Positions 1-9,122 of a DNA stretch of 48,842 nt are shown piece after piece. The stretch covers positions 1-48,842 of the forward strand of contig DYMH01000006.1 in assembly GCA_020721645.1 (NCBI GenBank), written 5' to 3'. The translations under genes and the position numbers were made by a program. This DNA is from Draconibacterium orientale. Its GTDB lineage: Bacteria > Bacteroidota > Bacteroidia > Bacteroidales > JAADGE01. Each line of letters opens with the position of its first letter. The first letter of the stretch is position 1. The notes under the pieces were generated by a model, which searched no databases, was not told where the DNA came from, and was given only the letters and a program-made list of their open reading frames with translations.

Positions 1-7
1 TCCATAA

Positions 8-202
8 TCAGTGTTTTCTGCAAAAATAAATATTATTTATGTAATTAAGTCTAAGGATATTTTCTTTGTTTGGAGGTATAAAATAGTATAAATCAATCTG
101 AATGCCGAGTTGTGCCAAATGTTTTACCAAATTGTATGAATGCTTTTGCATTCCTCCAATACTCAAAGGAAAGATACCGTCAGTTAGGAAAGAGAGTTTC
201 AT
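8..202 (-). pseudogene. Truncated 5' fragment of a GT4 glycosyltransferase (gene-start stub)
   Basis: MKLSFLTDGIFPLSIGGMQKHSYNLVKHLA resembles a Bacteroidota GT4 N-terminus (P..GG.Q.H), but the ORF stops at 64 aa. Confidence 0.65.
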
Positions 203-240
203 TATTTGTATTTAGAGAATTGAACATTTATGCCTATATA

Positions 241-327
241 AAATATCTCTTAACCAAACTATTACAGATGTTTTATGATAGCCGAGCCGATGAATCCGGC
301 ACCGCCGGTGATGAGGATTTTTTTCAT
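241..327 (-). repeat. NAD-dependent epimerase/dehydratase 5' stub, copy 1
   Basis: Hand translation MKKILITGGAGFIGSAIIKHL**FG*EIF (Rossmann TGGAGFIGS) with in-frame stops; homologous to 1629-1724, 2924-3019 and 4421-4481. Confidence 0.9.
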
Positions 328-521
328 GTGTTTATATTTTATTTTGGCTACATGGAAGTCCACATTTAGCGGGCTTTGCAGCGTATTTTTACTTTTATCG
401 AATAATCATGCCGTTACTCATTTTTTTTATTATTTTTTGTGTTCGTGAGGGCTTCGCCGTTTTGTGATTTGCCAAAATCATGGACGTTTCATATTGTTTT
501 TGGTTACAAAATTTGAAATAA

Positions 522-1238
522 TTATTGGTTATAATCAACTTGGGCGTTTTCGATAAGGATATTTGTTTTTGACAGGGAGTTATCTGTGCCGATAATAAAA
601 TCATTTGCAATGGTTTTGATGCAATTTTGCAGATAATTAAAATCTTGTGTTTCGGTAAACCATGACACGCGCTCAAAAAGTTCAGTCGGGAAGTTGTTTA
701 TTCTTTGTTCGACATCAATTTCGTTAATCATTGCTTTTTCTTTGGCCGAAAAGAAAATGTCGGACCAATTGAACTTGTAGTTTAACGAAATATGTATGAT
801 ATCAAAAATATCCTTGGGTTCATCCCGGTTGAGGATTGCAGTTAATTTATTTGAAAGAATATTTAACGGTGTATCTATTTTTCCGAAATAGACTTCATTT
901 AAATTGCCGGCATGGTAATTAACGTCATTTACAAATTCGAGTTTTAAAAAAGTGTCGTTTTCTCGGATATAAAAGCGAGAATATCCTTCATAAATCAAGG
1001 TATTTTGTTTTTCTACCGGAAAGTTTTTGTATAATTTCTCCGAAAAATGTTCTATCAGTTGCTTATAATCGTTTCTGTTATTGACAAAAAAATCAAGGTC
1101 TTCACTGTATCGGTGATTGAGATAATATCGACCCAAAGCCGTTTCGCCGGTGAGGTAAAAGGGCATGTCGGCGGTTTTCCAAAATTTCAAAAACTTATCT
1201 TGCAGCAGGTATAATTTCTTGTAATCGTGTTTTAACAT
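522..1238 (-). CDS. AbiEii/AbiGii-family nucleotidyltransferase toxin
   Basis: LTGETAL...HRYSEDLDF, NKLTA...R.EPKDIFDI motifs; overlaps the upstream small ORF. Confidence 0.85.
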   Translation of the reverse strand: MLKHDYKKLYLLQDKFLKFWKTADMPFYLTGETALGRYYLNHRYSEDLDFFVNNRNDYKQLIEHFSEKLYKNFPVEKQNTLIYEGYSRFYIRENDTFLKLEFVNDVNYHAGNLNEVYFGKIDTPLNILSNKLTAILNRDEPKDIFDIIHISLNYKFNWSDIFFSAKEKAMINEIDVEQRINNFPTELFERVSWFTETQDFNYLQNCIKTIANDFIIGTDNSLSKTNILIENAQVDYNQ

Positions 1239-1497
1239 AAGAATATTTTTCCTTTAATGAATCTGTTCTTAATTTGCTTAGGAGAGTATCATTCAAAAGA
1301 TTTTTTATGGTTTCTGTATCAAATATTTTAAGTATTGTAAACCAAGGGAGAGATTCCAACATCTTTCGGAAAAGTGCTTTGAGGTCGTAATGCCCGGCAT
1401 GGTCTGTTTCTCCTTTAATTAGTTTATCAATTTCTTCGGGTGTGATGTCGTAATCCCACATCAGGAGGCGGTAGATCTCTTCTTTTTGCTTATCCAT
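1195..1497 (-). CDS. Putative antitoxin of the AbiEii-family toxin
   Basis: About 100 aa with an LMWDY motif, overlapping the toxin start; ATG at 1497 preferred because a TAnnTTTG box lies at 1516-1523. Confidence 0.7.
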   Translation of the reverse strand: MDKQKEEIYRLLMWDYDITPEEIDKLIKGETDHAGHYDLKALFRKMLESLPWFTILKIFDTETIKNLLNDTLLSKLRTDSLKEKYSYVKTRLQEIIPAAR

Positions 1498-1515
1498 CGT
1501 ATTTCTGTTTATATG

Positions 1516-1523
1516 CAAATATA
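1516..1523 (-). promoter_or_regulatory. Bacteroidota sigma-A -7 box (TATATTTG)
   Basis: Matches TAnnTTTG about 20 nt upstream of the antitoxin ATG. Confidence 0.55.
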
Positions 1524-1577
1524 CCTATTTTTGGAAATAGAATAATGCAAAAATGGCAATAATAATTGATGGATCAT

Positions 1578-1619
1578 TAATATTTCGTAACTAAACTCTT
1601 ATAAATGTTTTATAACTTC
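1578..1619 (-). repeat. Degenerate partial epimerase stub (EVIKHL*EFSYEIL)
   Basis: tatttcgtaactaaactcttataaatgttt aligns with tatttcgtaaccaaactcttgcagatgttt at about 2936-2965. Confidence 0.65.
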
Positions 1620-1628
1620 CGGCGAATA

Positions 1629-1724
1629 GTCTATTGCAAATGTCTCGTAACCAAACTATTGAAGATGTTTAATCACTGCCGAACCGATAAATCCGGCTCA
1701 GGCGGTGATGAGAATTTTTTGCAT
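1629..1724 (-). repeat. Epimerase 5' stub, copy 2
   Basis: MQKILITA*AGFIGSAVIKHLQ*FGYETFAID; ATG lies 4 nt after the stop of 1729-2877. Confidence 0.9.
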
Positions 1725-1728
1725 ACTG

Positions 1729-2877
1729 TTATATAAAAAGTGTTACTTTAAATTCTTCGCCGAATTCTTCAAATAAGACTGTTTTATGTCTTGACAGGGC
1801 TTCGGAGTAAACCATGGGTAATCCTCTTCCCAACTTGTCGATAAAATTGAGGTTTTCCATAAATTTTACGATGACCGGATTTACGGCATAAGATACGCCG
1901 TATTTCAGTTTATCGGGCGAAACGGTATTGGGCAATTTTCCGGGGCTGATGACTTCCAATCGGTTTTGAAAAAGGAATACTCTTATTTTTGAGCCGAAAA
2001 TTGAGTAATTTCTGTGGCAACTGGCATTTACAATAAGTTCTCTGAAAACTTTGTCAGGATATAGGTTTTCTTTGTTCACACGCTTGTTTCCGATAATGTC
2101 GGACGATTGCATTATGTTGTTCTTGATGATTGCTGTTGTCGTGTTTATTTGATAATCAAGATTCCCTTCAATGTTTTGCTTATCTATCAGTTCCGAATTT
2201 ATTTCGTTGCCCGCAAAATGGGCAAATGAAACGGATGAATTCAGCAAAAATTTTTGTGGATTGATTCCGAATATCAGCAGTCCGGCGACTGTTAAATTGC
2301 CTTCTGCTGATAAAATATCTGTATTTTGCAGTAAAACAGTTTTTTCATCTTCCGTCAGAATGTCGAAATTTAGATTGTAAGCGGAGAAATATGACGAAAG
2401 TTTTTGAAAGTTAAGATTTTTAACCGTGCTGTGGTCAACGGCTGTGGCATCGAAATGATAAACCCCGCTTTGTTGAAACAATCGCATGAGTTCATTGATG
2501 CTTGCCGTGCGGTTGGTTGAGCCGACACGGATATAAAATTTTGAATCATTTGCCTGATACGGTTTGTCTTTTCCTTTTGGTATTTCAACGATACCGATGG
2601 TTTTATTTTCGATTTCGATTTTTTGATATTTTATTTCTGCGGGGGGATTCACGTTGTTTCGGGCAATATTCATGCACCATTCTTCGTAGTTTTTTGACCC
2701 GGGAAGTCCCGAAATATCTCCGTTATCCTCAACGCCGATAAGTATTACGCCACCCGAAAGATTTGAAAATGCCACAATTTCTTTTGCCAAGGATTCGGGT
2801 TTTACATCGGCACTTTTAAATTCCAAAGATGAATTTTCGGATTGTTTGATCAGATCGTAGATTTGGTTTGTGTTCAC
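1729..2877 (-). CDS. AlbA_2 (Schlafen-like) domain plus HATPase_c_4 protein
   Basis: ENSSLEFKS...IVAFSN..GG.ILIGVED N-terminus; RELIVNA..HRNY...LEVISPG and GRG C-terminal motifs. Confidence 0.85.
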   Translation of the reverse strand: MNTNQIYDLIKQSENSSLEFKSADVKPESLAKEIVAFSNLSGGVILIGVEDNGDISGLPGSKNYEEWCMNIARNNVNPPAEIKYQKIEIENKTIGIVEIPKGKDKPYQANDSKFYIRVGSTNRTASINELMRLFQQSGVYHFDATAVDHSTVKNLNFQKLSSYFSAYNLNFDILTEDEKTVLLQNTDILSAEGNLTVAGLLIFGINPQKFLLNSSVSFAHFAGNEINSELIDKQNIEGNLDYQINTTTAIIKNNIMQSSDIIGNKRVNKENLYPDKVFRELIVNASCHRNYSIFGSKIRVFLFQNRLEVISPGKLPNTVSPDKLKYGVSYAVNPVIVKFMENLNFIDKLGRGLPMVYSEALSRHKTVLFEEFGEEFKVTLFI

Positions 2878-2923
2878 TTCTGTTTTTTGTTATTATTCGG
2901 TAAAATTATAAAAATAAACAATA

Positions 2924-3019
2924 TCAATTGCACAATATTTCGTAACCAAACTCTTGCAGATGTTTAATCACTGCCGAACCGATAAAGCCGGCTCCGCCGG
3001 TGATGATAACTTTTTGCAT
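2924..3019 (-). repeat. Epimerase 5' stub, copy 3 (open 31-codon mini-ORF)
   Basis: MQKVIITGGAGFIGSAVIKHLQEFGYEILCN*; ATG lies 5 nt after the stop of 3025-4314. Confidence 0.92.
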
Positions 3020-3024
3020 GCGTA

Positions 3025-4314
3025 TTAATAATTTTTGTTTATTTGAATCAAAAAATCACTCAGTTTCCATGCCTGAATGTGTTTTATACCGCCTTTTTCA
3101 TTAAAAATAAAATCATCCAAACTTACAATTATTTTCGGATAATTATCATGTATTGCCTCCAATGAGGAGTATTCTCTGTTTATTGTTATCTCTTCGGACA
3201 TTAGGTAAGCAACTTGAACGTATATTGTTTGGGTGTTTTTAACTGCAACAAAATCAACTTCTTTATTGCGAAGATATCCGACGTAAACATTAAAGCCGGC
3301 TTGGAGTAGTTGCAGGTAAACGATATTTTCCAATTTATAGCCTATGCCATAAGCAAAGCCGGAATACAAATAATTGTGATACGCCAAATCGTTGATATAA
3401 TATTTGTATGTTCCGGCAAGGGTTTCTTTTCCGTAAATATTATATTTTTCGACTTGATAAATAAGAAAACTGCTTTTCAAATAATTGATATAATTTGCAA
3501 GGGTTTCGTAATTTGTTCGCCTGTTTTTACTTTTAAAATAGTTTACAATATTATTGATTGATAACGGATTAGATGCATTGTTGATAAGAAAAGAAAAAAT
3601 ATCTTCCAATAATTTTGCATCTTTAATTTGGTAGCGTTGAATAATATCGCGAAGGAGTATCGTATCTTTAACCGCTGAAATGTAATGCCTTTTGGTTTCT
3701 TCGTTAGGCAGGTTAAACAATTCGGGCAAGCCTCCCGTGTTCAAATATTGTAAAAAACTTTGCTTCGAATTTTCAAGTTTTAAGAAAGAAATGTATTCGT
3801 TGTATGAAAAAGGGAAAATTTGAAATTGCACATATCGACCCGATAAATATGTAGATAACTCTCCGGACAACAGTTCAGAATTCGATCCGGTTATGAAAAT
3901 TTCAAACTCGCGTGTGTAATCCTGCGAATATGAATTGATTGTTTTTTCCCACGAAGTAACAGTCTGTATTTCATCAAAAAAAAGGTAAATTTTCCCTTCG
4001 GGTTTGATTTCGGAAATATACATTTCGACTAACTGCGATAAATCCGTATGCGATTGAATGAAGTCAAAATCTGTAAATTCTTTGTTGATGTATAAAATAT
4101 TATGAGGAGCTGTACCTTTGCCAATCAGGCTTAGGATAATTTGCCTCATCAAATAGCTTTTACCGGTTCTGCGCTGTCCGACAAGCACTTTAATGAGTTT
4201 GTTTGATATAAAATCGCCAATTTTAAGCAAATATTCTTTCCTGAGAAATCCTGCGTCCGGATTTCTTTTATTCCACAGATTGTATTTTTGAAGAATCGCA
4301 ATTTTATCAGACAC
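3025..4314 (-). CDS. AAA_14 ATPase with DUF4143 (PD-(D/E)XK-like) C-terminus
   Basis: Walker A GQRRTGKS, Walker B FFDEIQ, ITGSNS, LSGR, GGLP, LEN.V, EVDFV; TAATTTTG box at 4330-4337. Confidence 0.9.
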   Translation of the reverse strand: MSDKIAILQKYNLWNKRNPDAGFLRKEYLLKIGDFISNKLIKVLVGQRRTGKSYLMRQIILSLIGKGTAPHNILYINKEFTDFDFIQSHTDLSQLVEMYISEIKPEGKIYLFFDEIQTVTSWEKTINSYSQDYTREFEIFITGSNSELLSGELSTYLSGRYVQFQIFPFSYNEYISFLKLENSKQSFLQYLNTGGLPELFNLPNEETKRHYISAVKDTILLRDIIQRYQIKDAKLLEDIFSFLINNASNPLSINNIVNYFKSKNRRTNYETLANYINYLKSSFLIYQVEKYNIYGKETLAGTYKYYINDLAYHNYLYSGFAYGIGYKLENIVYLQLLQAGFNVYVGYLRNKEVDFVAVKNTQTIYVQVAYLMSEEITINREYSSLEAIHDNYPKIIVSLDDFIFNEKGGIKHIQAWKLSDFLIQINKNY

Positions 4315-4420
4315 AGCTTACAATTTTGTCAAAATTACAATATTTTCAGTTGTAACCAAAAATATTGCGTGTATTTTTTTACCATCTGACTTTTATGACA
4401 CCATCTTAATGTATTGTCTT

Positions 4421-4481
4421 GTGTTTAATCACTGCCGAGCCGATAAACCCTGCACCGCCGGTGATGGGGATTTTTTTTCAT
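4421..4481 (-). repeat. Epimerase 5' stub, copy 4 (frameshifted)
   Basis: ATG, an A8 run, then IPITGGAGFIGSAVIKH; ATG lies 3 nt after the stop of the DUF4143 remnant. Confidence 0.88.
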
Positions 4482-4484
4482 GTT

Positions 4485-4838
4485 CTATAATCTGAGAATA
4501 TACGGTTGGATATAGGATTGATTATCATGAGATTCAATCAGATTTTTATTGATGATGTAACTTTTTTCGATTTCCTTATCCTTAGAAAACTCAGTTATTG
4601 CTCTTATTTTGTTGTGATTTTTGAAGTCTTTATATTTCACTTCTACGGGAATTAACCTATTATTATTATAGTTTGAAATTATAAAATCAATTTCAACAGC
4701 GTCTTTTGTTTTTTAATAAAATATTTGATTTTGCTTACGGTTTTGTAATAATTGCAGATAGACGAAATTTTCGAAAATTTGTCCGTTATCAACTCTTATC
4801 GAGATGTCGTTGAAACTGTTGTAGATAATGTTTCGCAA
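4485..4838 (-). pseudogene. C-terminal remnant of an AAA_14/DUF4143 ATPase (absent from the ORF track)
   Basis: Hand translation LRNIIYNSF...NGQIFENFVYLQL...FY*KTKDAVEIDFII...IPVEVKY...QPYILRL*, one internal stop. Confidence 0.8.
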
Positions 4839-4905
4839 GTTTTTATAAGTTTTCAATTCGGATATTAAAAAATAGTCGTAAATTAGCAGAAAAATTAAGA
4901 TATTT

Positions 4906-5205
4906 ATGCAAACACAATTGACATTGAATATTGATAATCAAGCAGCCGAACTTGCAAATTATTATGCAAAAGAAAAAGGTGTATCCATAAACGAACTTTT
5001 TGAGAATTACATTCGTTTAATTGTTCTGAACGAGCAACTGTACAAATTGGGAACAGCCGAAATAAGCTCAATTTTTCTAAAATACAAACAAAATTTTGGA
5101 CTTAAAAAAACAAATTGGAAAGAACTTGATGAACATTTAAATCCCATAAGACATGGTTTGCCTGTTGATTTTAAATTTGACAGAGATATAGCAAATGAAA
5201 GATAA
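4906..5205 (+). CDS. Antitoxin (DUF6364 / RHH-like)
   Basis: MQTQLTLNID...A..YAKEKGVS..ELFENY; ends FKFDRDIANER and overlaps the PIN gene. Confidence 0.75.
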   Translation: MQTQLTLNIDNQAAELANYYAKEKGVSINELFENYIRLIVLNEQLYKLGTAEISSIFLKYKQNFGLKKTNWKELDEHLNPIRHGLPVDFKFDRDIANER

Positions 5206-5602
5206 TGTATTTATTGATACAAATATTTTGGTTTATTTCGCAACTGATAAAACCGAAAAACGAGATATAATATTAACTAAACTTGCTGAATGTGAGTATA
5301 GTTACATTTCAATTCAGGTTTTAAACGAATTCAATAATAGTTGTTTCAAAAAATCTTTATTGAAACCAGATGAAATTGAATTTGCATTAAACGAATATAC
5401 AAAAATGTTCAATGTTGTTATACTGAATATCGCAACGATTATTGATGCATTGCGATTAAAACAAAAATACGGCTATTCGTATTACGACAGTTTGATAATC
5501 TCAACAGCATTGCAAAATGATTGTAAAATACTTTATTCGGAAGATATGCAACATACACAGAAAATTGATGATAAATTGACAATTCTAAATCCATTCAAAT
5601 AA
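5195..5602 (+). CDS. PIN-domain (VapC-like) toxin
   Basis: FIDTNILVY, QVLNEF, YYDSLII, LYSEDMQH acidic motifs. Confidence 0.92.
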   Translation: MKDNVFIDTNILVYFATDKTEKRDIILTKLAECEYSYISIQVLNEFNNSCFKKSLLKPDEIEFALNEYTKMFNVVILNIATIIDALRLKQKYGYSYYDSLIISTALQNDCKILYSEDMQHTQKIDDKLTILNPFK

Positions 5603-5604
5603 AA

Positions 5605-5742
5605 AGGACTGTGACACATTTAGCCAATAATTACCGGCTTTTGTGCCAACTTGATACTTTGGTACCTCTAACGAACCTAAGTGCAAAATTGATGCGAAAG
5701 TGCTTTGAATGTGGCAACTACGGCTACAATTTTTCGATAAAC
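5605..5742 (+). mobile_element. Degenerate attC-like long imperfect palindrome after the PIN TA pair
   Basis: Arms tagccaataattaccg (5621-5636) and tggcaactacggcta (5712-5726); ends in G|ATAAAC, one mismatch from GTTRRRY. Confidence 0.45.
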
Positions 5743-5806
5743 ACATCGATAGGATTGTGTTAAGAGCCTACTGTTTTTTTTGCAAATAAAATTCTCGCTG
5801 TTTCAT
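5737..5806 (-). pseudogene. Probable N-terminal remnant of the disrupted AAA_14 ATPase
   Basis: MKQREFYLQKKQ*ALNTI followed by frameshifted IDVFI, resembling the segment just before an AAA_14 Walker A. Confidence 0.4.
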
Positions 5807-5819
5807 AATTCGATAATTT

Positions 5820-6173
5820 TTACAAAATTGTTAAAAATATCGAGATATTATTTACAGAAATGTAAAAATTATCGGTTTGTTCGCAAGATACTTTGTTTGC
5901 GGAAAAGCTGATAACGAACGAGGTTGTAAGAGTAGGATGAGATGAAATGACGTAAGGAAACTGCCCAATATCGTTAAAATACTGTTTTGCAGGAGGTAAA
6001 GTTATTTTTCGTAATATTTTTTGTAATCGTTCATACTTAGAGAGTATTGATTTAAAGCGTATTTTAGAAATTATTTCGGGAGTTATAATTCTGAAATCGG
6101 AATAATTTTCACTATTTAATTGGATATTCTTATTTTCCGAAGCTTTTGGGCTGAAAGAATGCCGGTATAACAA
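5820..6173 (-). other. Short ORF or gene fragment of unknown origin
   Basis: 117-codon open frame abutting the GT2 stop, no recognisable motif; may be another truncated gene start. Confidence 0.25.
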
Positions 6174-7038
6174 CTTTAATTAAATGATAGTCGGAAGAGT
6201 ATTTTTTCAGATATTTTTTAATAATTGTGCTCACCGAAAACATTGATGCAACAAGCATTGCTTGTAAAAACTTTTTACGTTTAAGCAGAAACAAAACTAA
6301 GTTTCGTCTTGTATAGATATATCTCCAATCAATTATTTTTTTCTCAGAAACTGATGCCCCAAAATGAATTATTGATTTAACAGATACATAGCGAAGGCTT
6401 TTCCCTGACTTTTTCAATTTGTATGCTAAGTCTTGTTCTTCAACATACATAAAATAATCTTCATCGAAACCTGAAACAGCATAAAAATCATCAGCATTTA
6501 TTAAAAAGCACACGCCATTTATTACTTCTACTGTAATTGATTCTATATTCTCGCTGAAAATGGACAGTTGTGCATATTTGTTTTTGAAATTGAGTATATT
6601 GGCAAAAGTAGGTAATGGCATTATTGTATTTTGAACTGTTCCGTCAGGTTTCAATACAGTTGGTCCGACAAGTGCTGTTTTGTTATACTTTAACAGATCG
6701 TTTTTTAATGATTCTAAATAATCGAAGTTTATAATTTGAGTATCTGTATTGATAACATGAATAAATTTTGGGGAATATATACGGGCATGAGCCGCACCGA
6801 AGTTTACGCCGGCACCGAATCCATTGTTTACGGTATTCCGGATAATATCAATGTCAAATCCTTCCGAAAGTTTCAGTAATTGATTGTATTGAACATCTGC
6901 GGAGTAATTGTCTGCAACAACGATACGGTTTTGGGCAGTTTTAAGTTTTAATAAATCGCGGACAATGTTAGCACAATATCCCGGCTCGTTGTAATGTACA
7001 ACAATGGTTACGATTTCATATTTTTGTTTAGAGTTCAA
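6130..7038 (-). CDS. GT2 glycosyltransferase (rhamnosyltransferase-like)
   Basis: VHYN, ADNYS, N.GFGAGVN, GFDEDYFMYVEEQDL. Confidence 0.92.
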   Translation of the reverse strand: MNSKQKYEIVTIVVHYNEPGYCANIVRDLLKLKTAQNRIVVADNYSADVQYNQLLKLSEGFDIDIIRNTVNNGFGAGVNFGAAHARIYSPKFIHVINTDTQIINFDYLESLKNDLLKYNKTALVGPTVLKPDGTVQNTIMPLPTFANILNFKNKYAQLSIFSENIESITVEVINGVCFLINADDFYAVSGFDEDYFMYVEEQDLAYKLKKSGKSLRYVSVKSIIHFGASVSEKKIIDWRYIYTRRNLVLFLLKRKKFLQAMLVASMFSVSTIIKKYLKKYSSDYHLIKVVIPAFFQPKSFGK

Positions 7039-7948
7039 AATGCCTAAAATTTTTTGATTTCAGAAAGCCGACAAAGCGTTGGAATTTTACCCTTCGCTTA
7101 TCGGAAAAGATTGAAATAATTGCGGTAAAAAGCAGACCAAAGAAAAACAATGCATTGTATAAAACCAAATCTTTTTTTTGCTTAAATTTTCCAAAGAAAT
7201 AGCGCATGCCGAAAGAATTGTCTAAATCTAAATACATTCTAACGACCAAGTTTGCCGTACCTGTTCCGCCTTTGGATTGATTGTGAATAACCGTAGCTGT
7301 CGGAGTTTGGATAATACGTTTGCTTTCTGTTACAATAGATTTGCATAAATCGACATCAGATACATAAATAAAATAGGTTTCGTCGAGTTTTCTATTGTTT
7401 TCAAACAAAATCGCGGCACCGGCAGGTTGTTCAACGGGCTGATTTTCATTGAAATCCATTCCGAAACATGTGTATTTTCGATAAGATTCAAATTTGTTCC
7501 AATACTTTTTCGGTACGAAACTTTCGACAAACAAAGCAAAAGGTTTTGGAAATGTGCGTGTATAATTTTGAATCGAACCGTCCGGATTTAACAGAACGGG
7601 TGCAACTGCTCCGATTTGTTCGGAACTTTCGAAGGCGGAAACGAGATTTTGTATCGTGTTTTCGGTTATCGCGGCATCGGGGTTAAGTAAAAAAATGTAT
7701 TTTCCATTTGCAATTTCAATGCCTTGATTATTTGCTTTTGTGAAACCCTGATTTTTGTTGTTCAAAATCAATTTCAACTTTTCTATATGTTTGTTCAAAA
7801 GTTCCTGTGTGCCGTCTTTGGAATTGTTGTCCACAATAATGTGCTCGCAGTGTTGTCCGTATTTTGCAACAGATTCTATGTTTTTTTCTATCAAATCGGC
7901 ACAGTTGTATGTTACTGTGATTACGGAAACGGATATATTAGTGTTCAT
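7028..7948 (-). CDS. GT2 glycosyltransferase (WbbL-like)
   Basis: SVITVTYN, VDNNSKDGT, GFTKANNQG, LLNPDA. Confidence 0.92.
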   Translation of the reverse strand: MNTNISVSVITVTYNCADLIEKNIESVAKYGQHCEHIIVDNNSKDGTQELLNKHIEKLKLILNNKNQGFTKANNQGIEIANGKYIFLLNPDAAITENTIQNLVSAFESSEQIGAVAPVLLNPDGSIQNYTRTFPKPFALFVESFVPKKYWNKFESYRKYTCFGMDFNENQPVEQPAGAAILFENNRKLDETYFIYVSDVDLCKSIVTESKRIIQTPTATVIHNQSKGGTGTANLVVRMYLDLDNSFGMRYFFGKFKQKKDLVLYNALFFFGLLFTAIISIFSDKRRVKFQRFVGFLKSKNFRHFEL

Positions 7949-8867
7949 TCCAAATTTCTTCTAATTTTTTTGTTGTCGTATTTTGATTTTTTAAAAAGGG
8001 ATTTACTGCTTTTTTCAGTATCAATTTTAAATATACTGAAAAAAAACTAATGCCGGTGCTTGACAGTCCTTTATTCATTTCCATAAAAAAATTTGCCGAC
8101 TTTGCTTTTATCATAAACAAACCGAGTGCGTAAAAATAGTTTTTCTTTTGTTCGTTATAAATTGCGGATTTTTGCAATAATGTGTAGATATTGACTAATG
8201 CTTTAACCATTGCATTGTCCATTTTTGCTTGGTTTACTGTCATGCTTGTTTTCCGTACTCTAACCATCGACAATGTTTCCGGAATATGGGCAAATCGAGA
8301 ACCGGATAAAGCCATTCGAAGCCATAAATCCCAATCTTCCAACTCACGGTATGTAGGGTTAAAATTACCGACAGCATTCACTTTTTCACGCCTCACCATT
8401 ACGGAATTGACGTGCAGAAAGTTCCCAAACCACAGATTTTGCAATACATCACCTTCGAAAACAGGAAACTCTGCAGGAAATGTATTTTGAATATCATTTT
8501 CAATAAAATTGATTGATTTTGAGTAACATACATCAATTTCAGGATGCGAATCCAAATAAGCGGATTGTATTTGAAGTTTATCGGGCAAAATTATATCATC
8601 TGAATCCAAAAAAACCAAATATTCTCCGGAACTGTTTTCTATTCCGGTGTTTCGGGCACCGGCTAAGCCTTTGTTTTTTTGATAGATGTATTTTATTGAC
8701 GAATATTTTTCGAGATAGGGTATTACGATTTCTTTTGTGTTGTCGGTTGATTCATCGTCTATTATAATAATTTCATATTCAGACATTGTTGATTTCAAAA
8801 CAGAATCTATTGCATCCGGTAGGTAGTGAGCAGTGTTGAAGGTGGGTATTATGATTGAGTTTTTCAT
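7938..8867 (-). CDS. GT2 glycosyltransferase
   Basis: SIIIPTFN, IDDESTD, GLAGARNTG, FLDSDD, EDWDLWLR. Confidence 0.95.
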   Translation of the reverse strand: MKNSIIIPTFNTAHYLPDAIDSVLKSTMSEYEIIIIDDESTDNTKEIVIPYLEKYSSIKYIYQKNKGLAGARNTGIENSSGEYLVFLDSDDIILPDKLQIQSAYLDSHPEIDVCYSKSINFIENDIQNTFPAEFPVFEGDVLQNLWFGNFLHVNSVMVRREKVNAVGNFNPTYRELEDWDLWLRMALSGSRFAHIPETLSMVRVRKTSMTVNQAKMDNAMVKALVNIYTLLQKSAIYNEQKKNYFYALGLFMIKAKSANFFMEMNKGLSSTGISFFSVYLKLILKKAVNPFLKNQNTTTKKLEEIWNEH

Positions 8868-9122
8868 TTTTTTTAATCAGCTTCTAAAAAAGATATTTTT
8901 CGTAATTTTTAAATTATAATATTCAATTTTACTTTCATCAATTAAAAAAATGTCGATTTAACAAAACTTACAGCAAAACTTCGCCGATACAGCGTAGCTT
9001 TCACGAAATAAGCATAAGAACCTATCTCTCGCACGATTATACTCTGAAACATTTGTATTTTTTTCAATAGTCGTTATAATTTTTATTTGCAATGAAACGA
9101 TTCATGACTTTAACGCTTGTTA

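Noticed and set aside
330-520. Possible attC or structured element after the first toxin (attttggc...gccaaaat), and ORF 395-676
   Set aside because: Only an 8-bp inverted match with no convincing core sites; the ORF overlaps the toxin in another frame and has no motif.
241-4481. Regularly spaced repeats as a CRISPR array or classical attC array
   Set aside because: The repeats are 60-95 nt, protein-coding in origin, non-palindromic and more than 1.2 kb apart; no cas or intI genes are present.
8870-9120. Possible gene remnant between the ATPase and the restored GT2
   Set aside because: Hand translation of part of it gave short stop-ridden peptides with no recognisable family.
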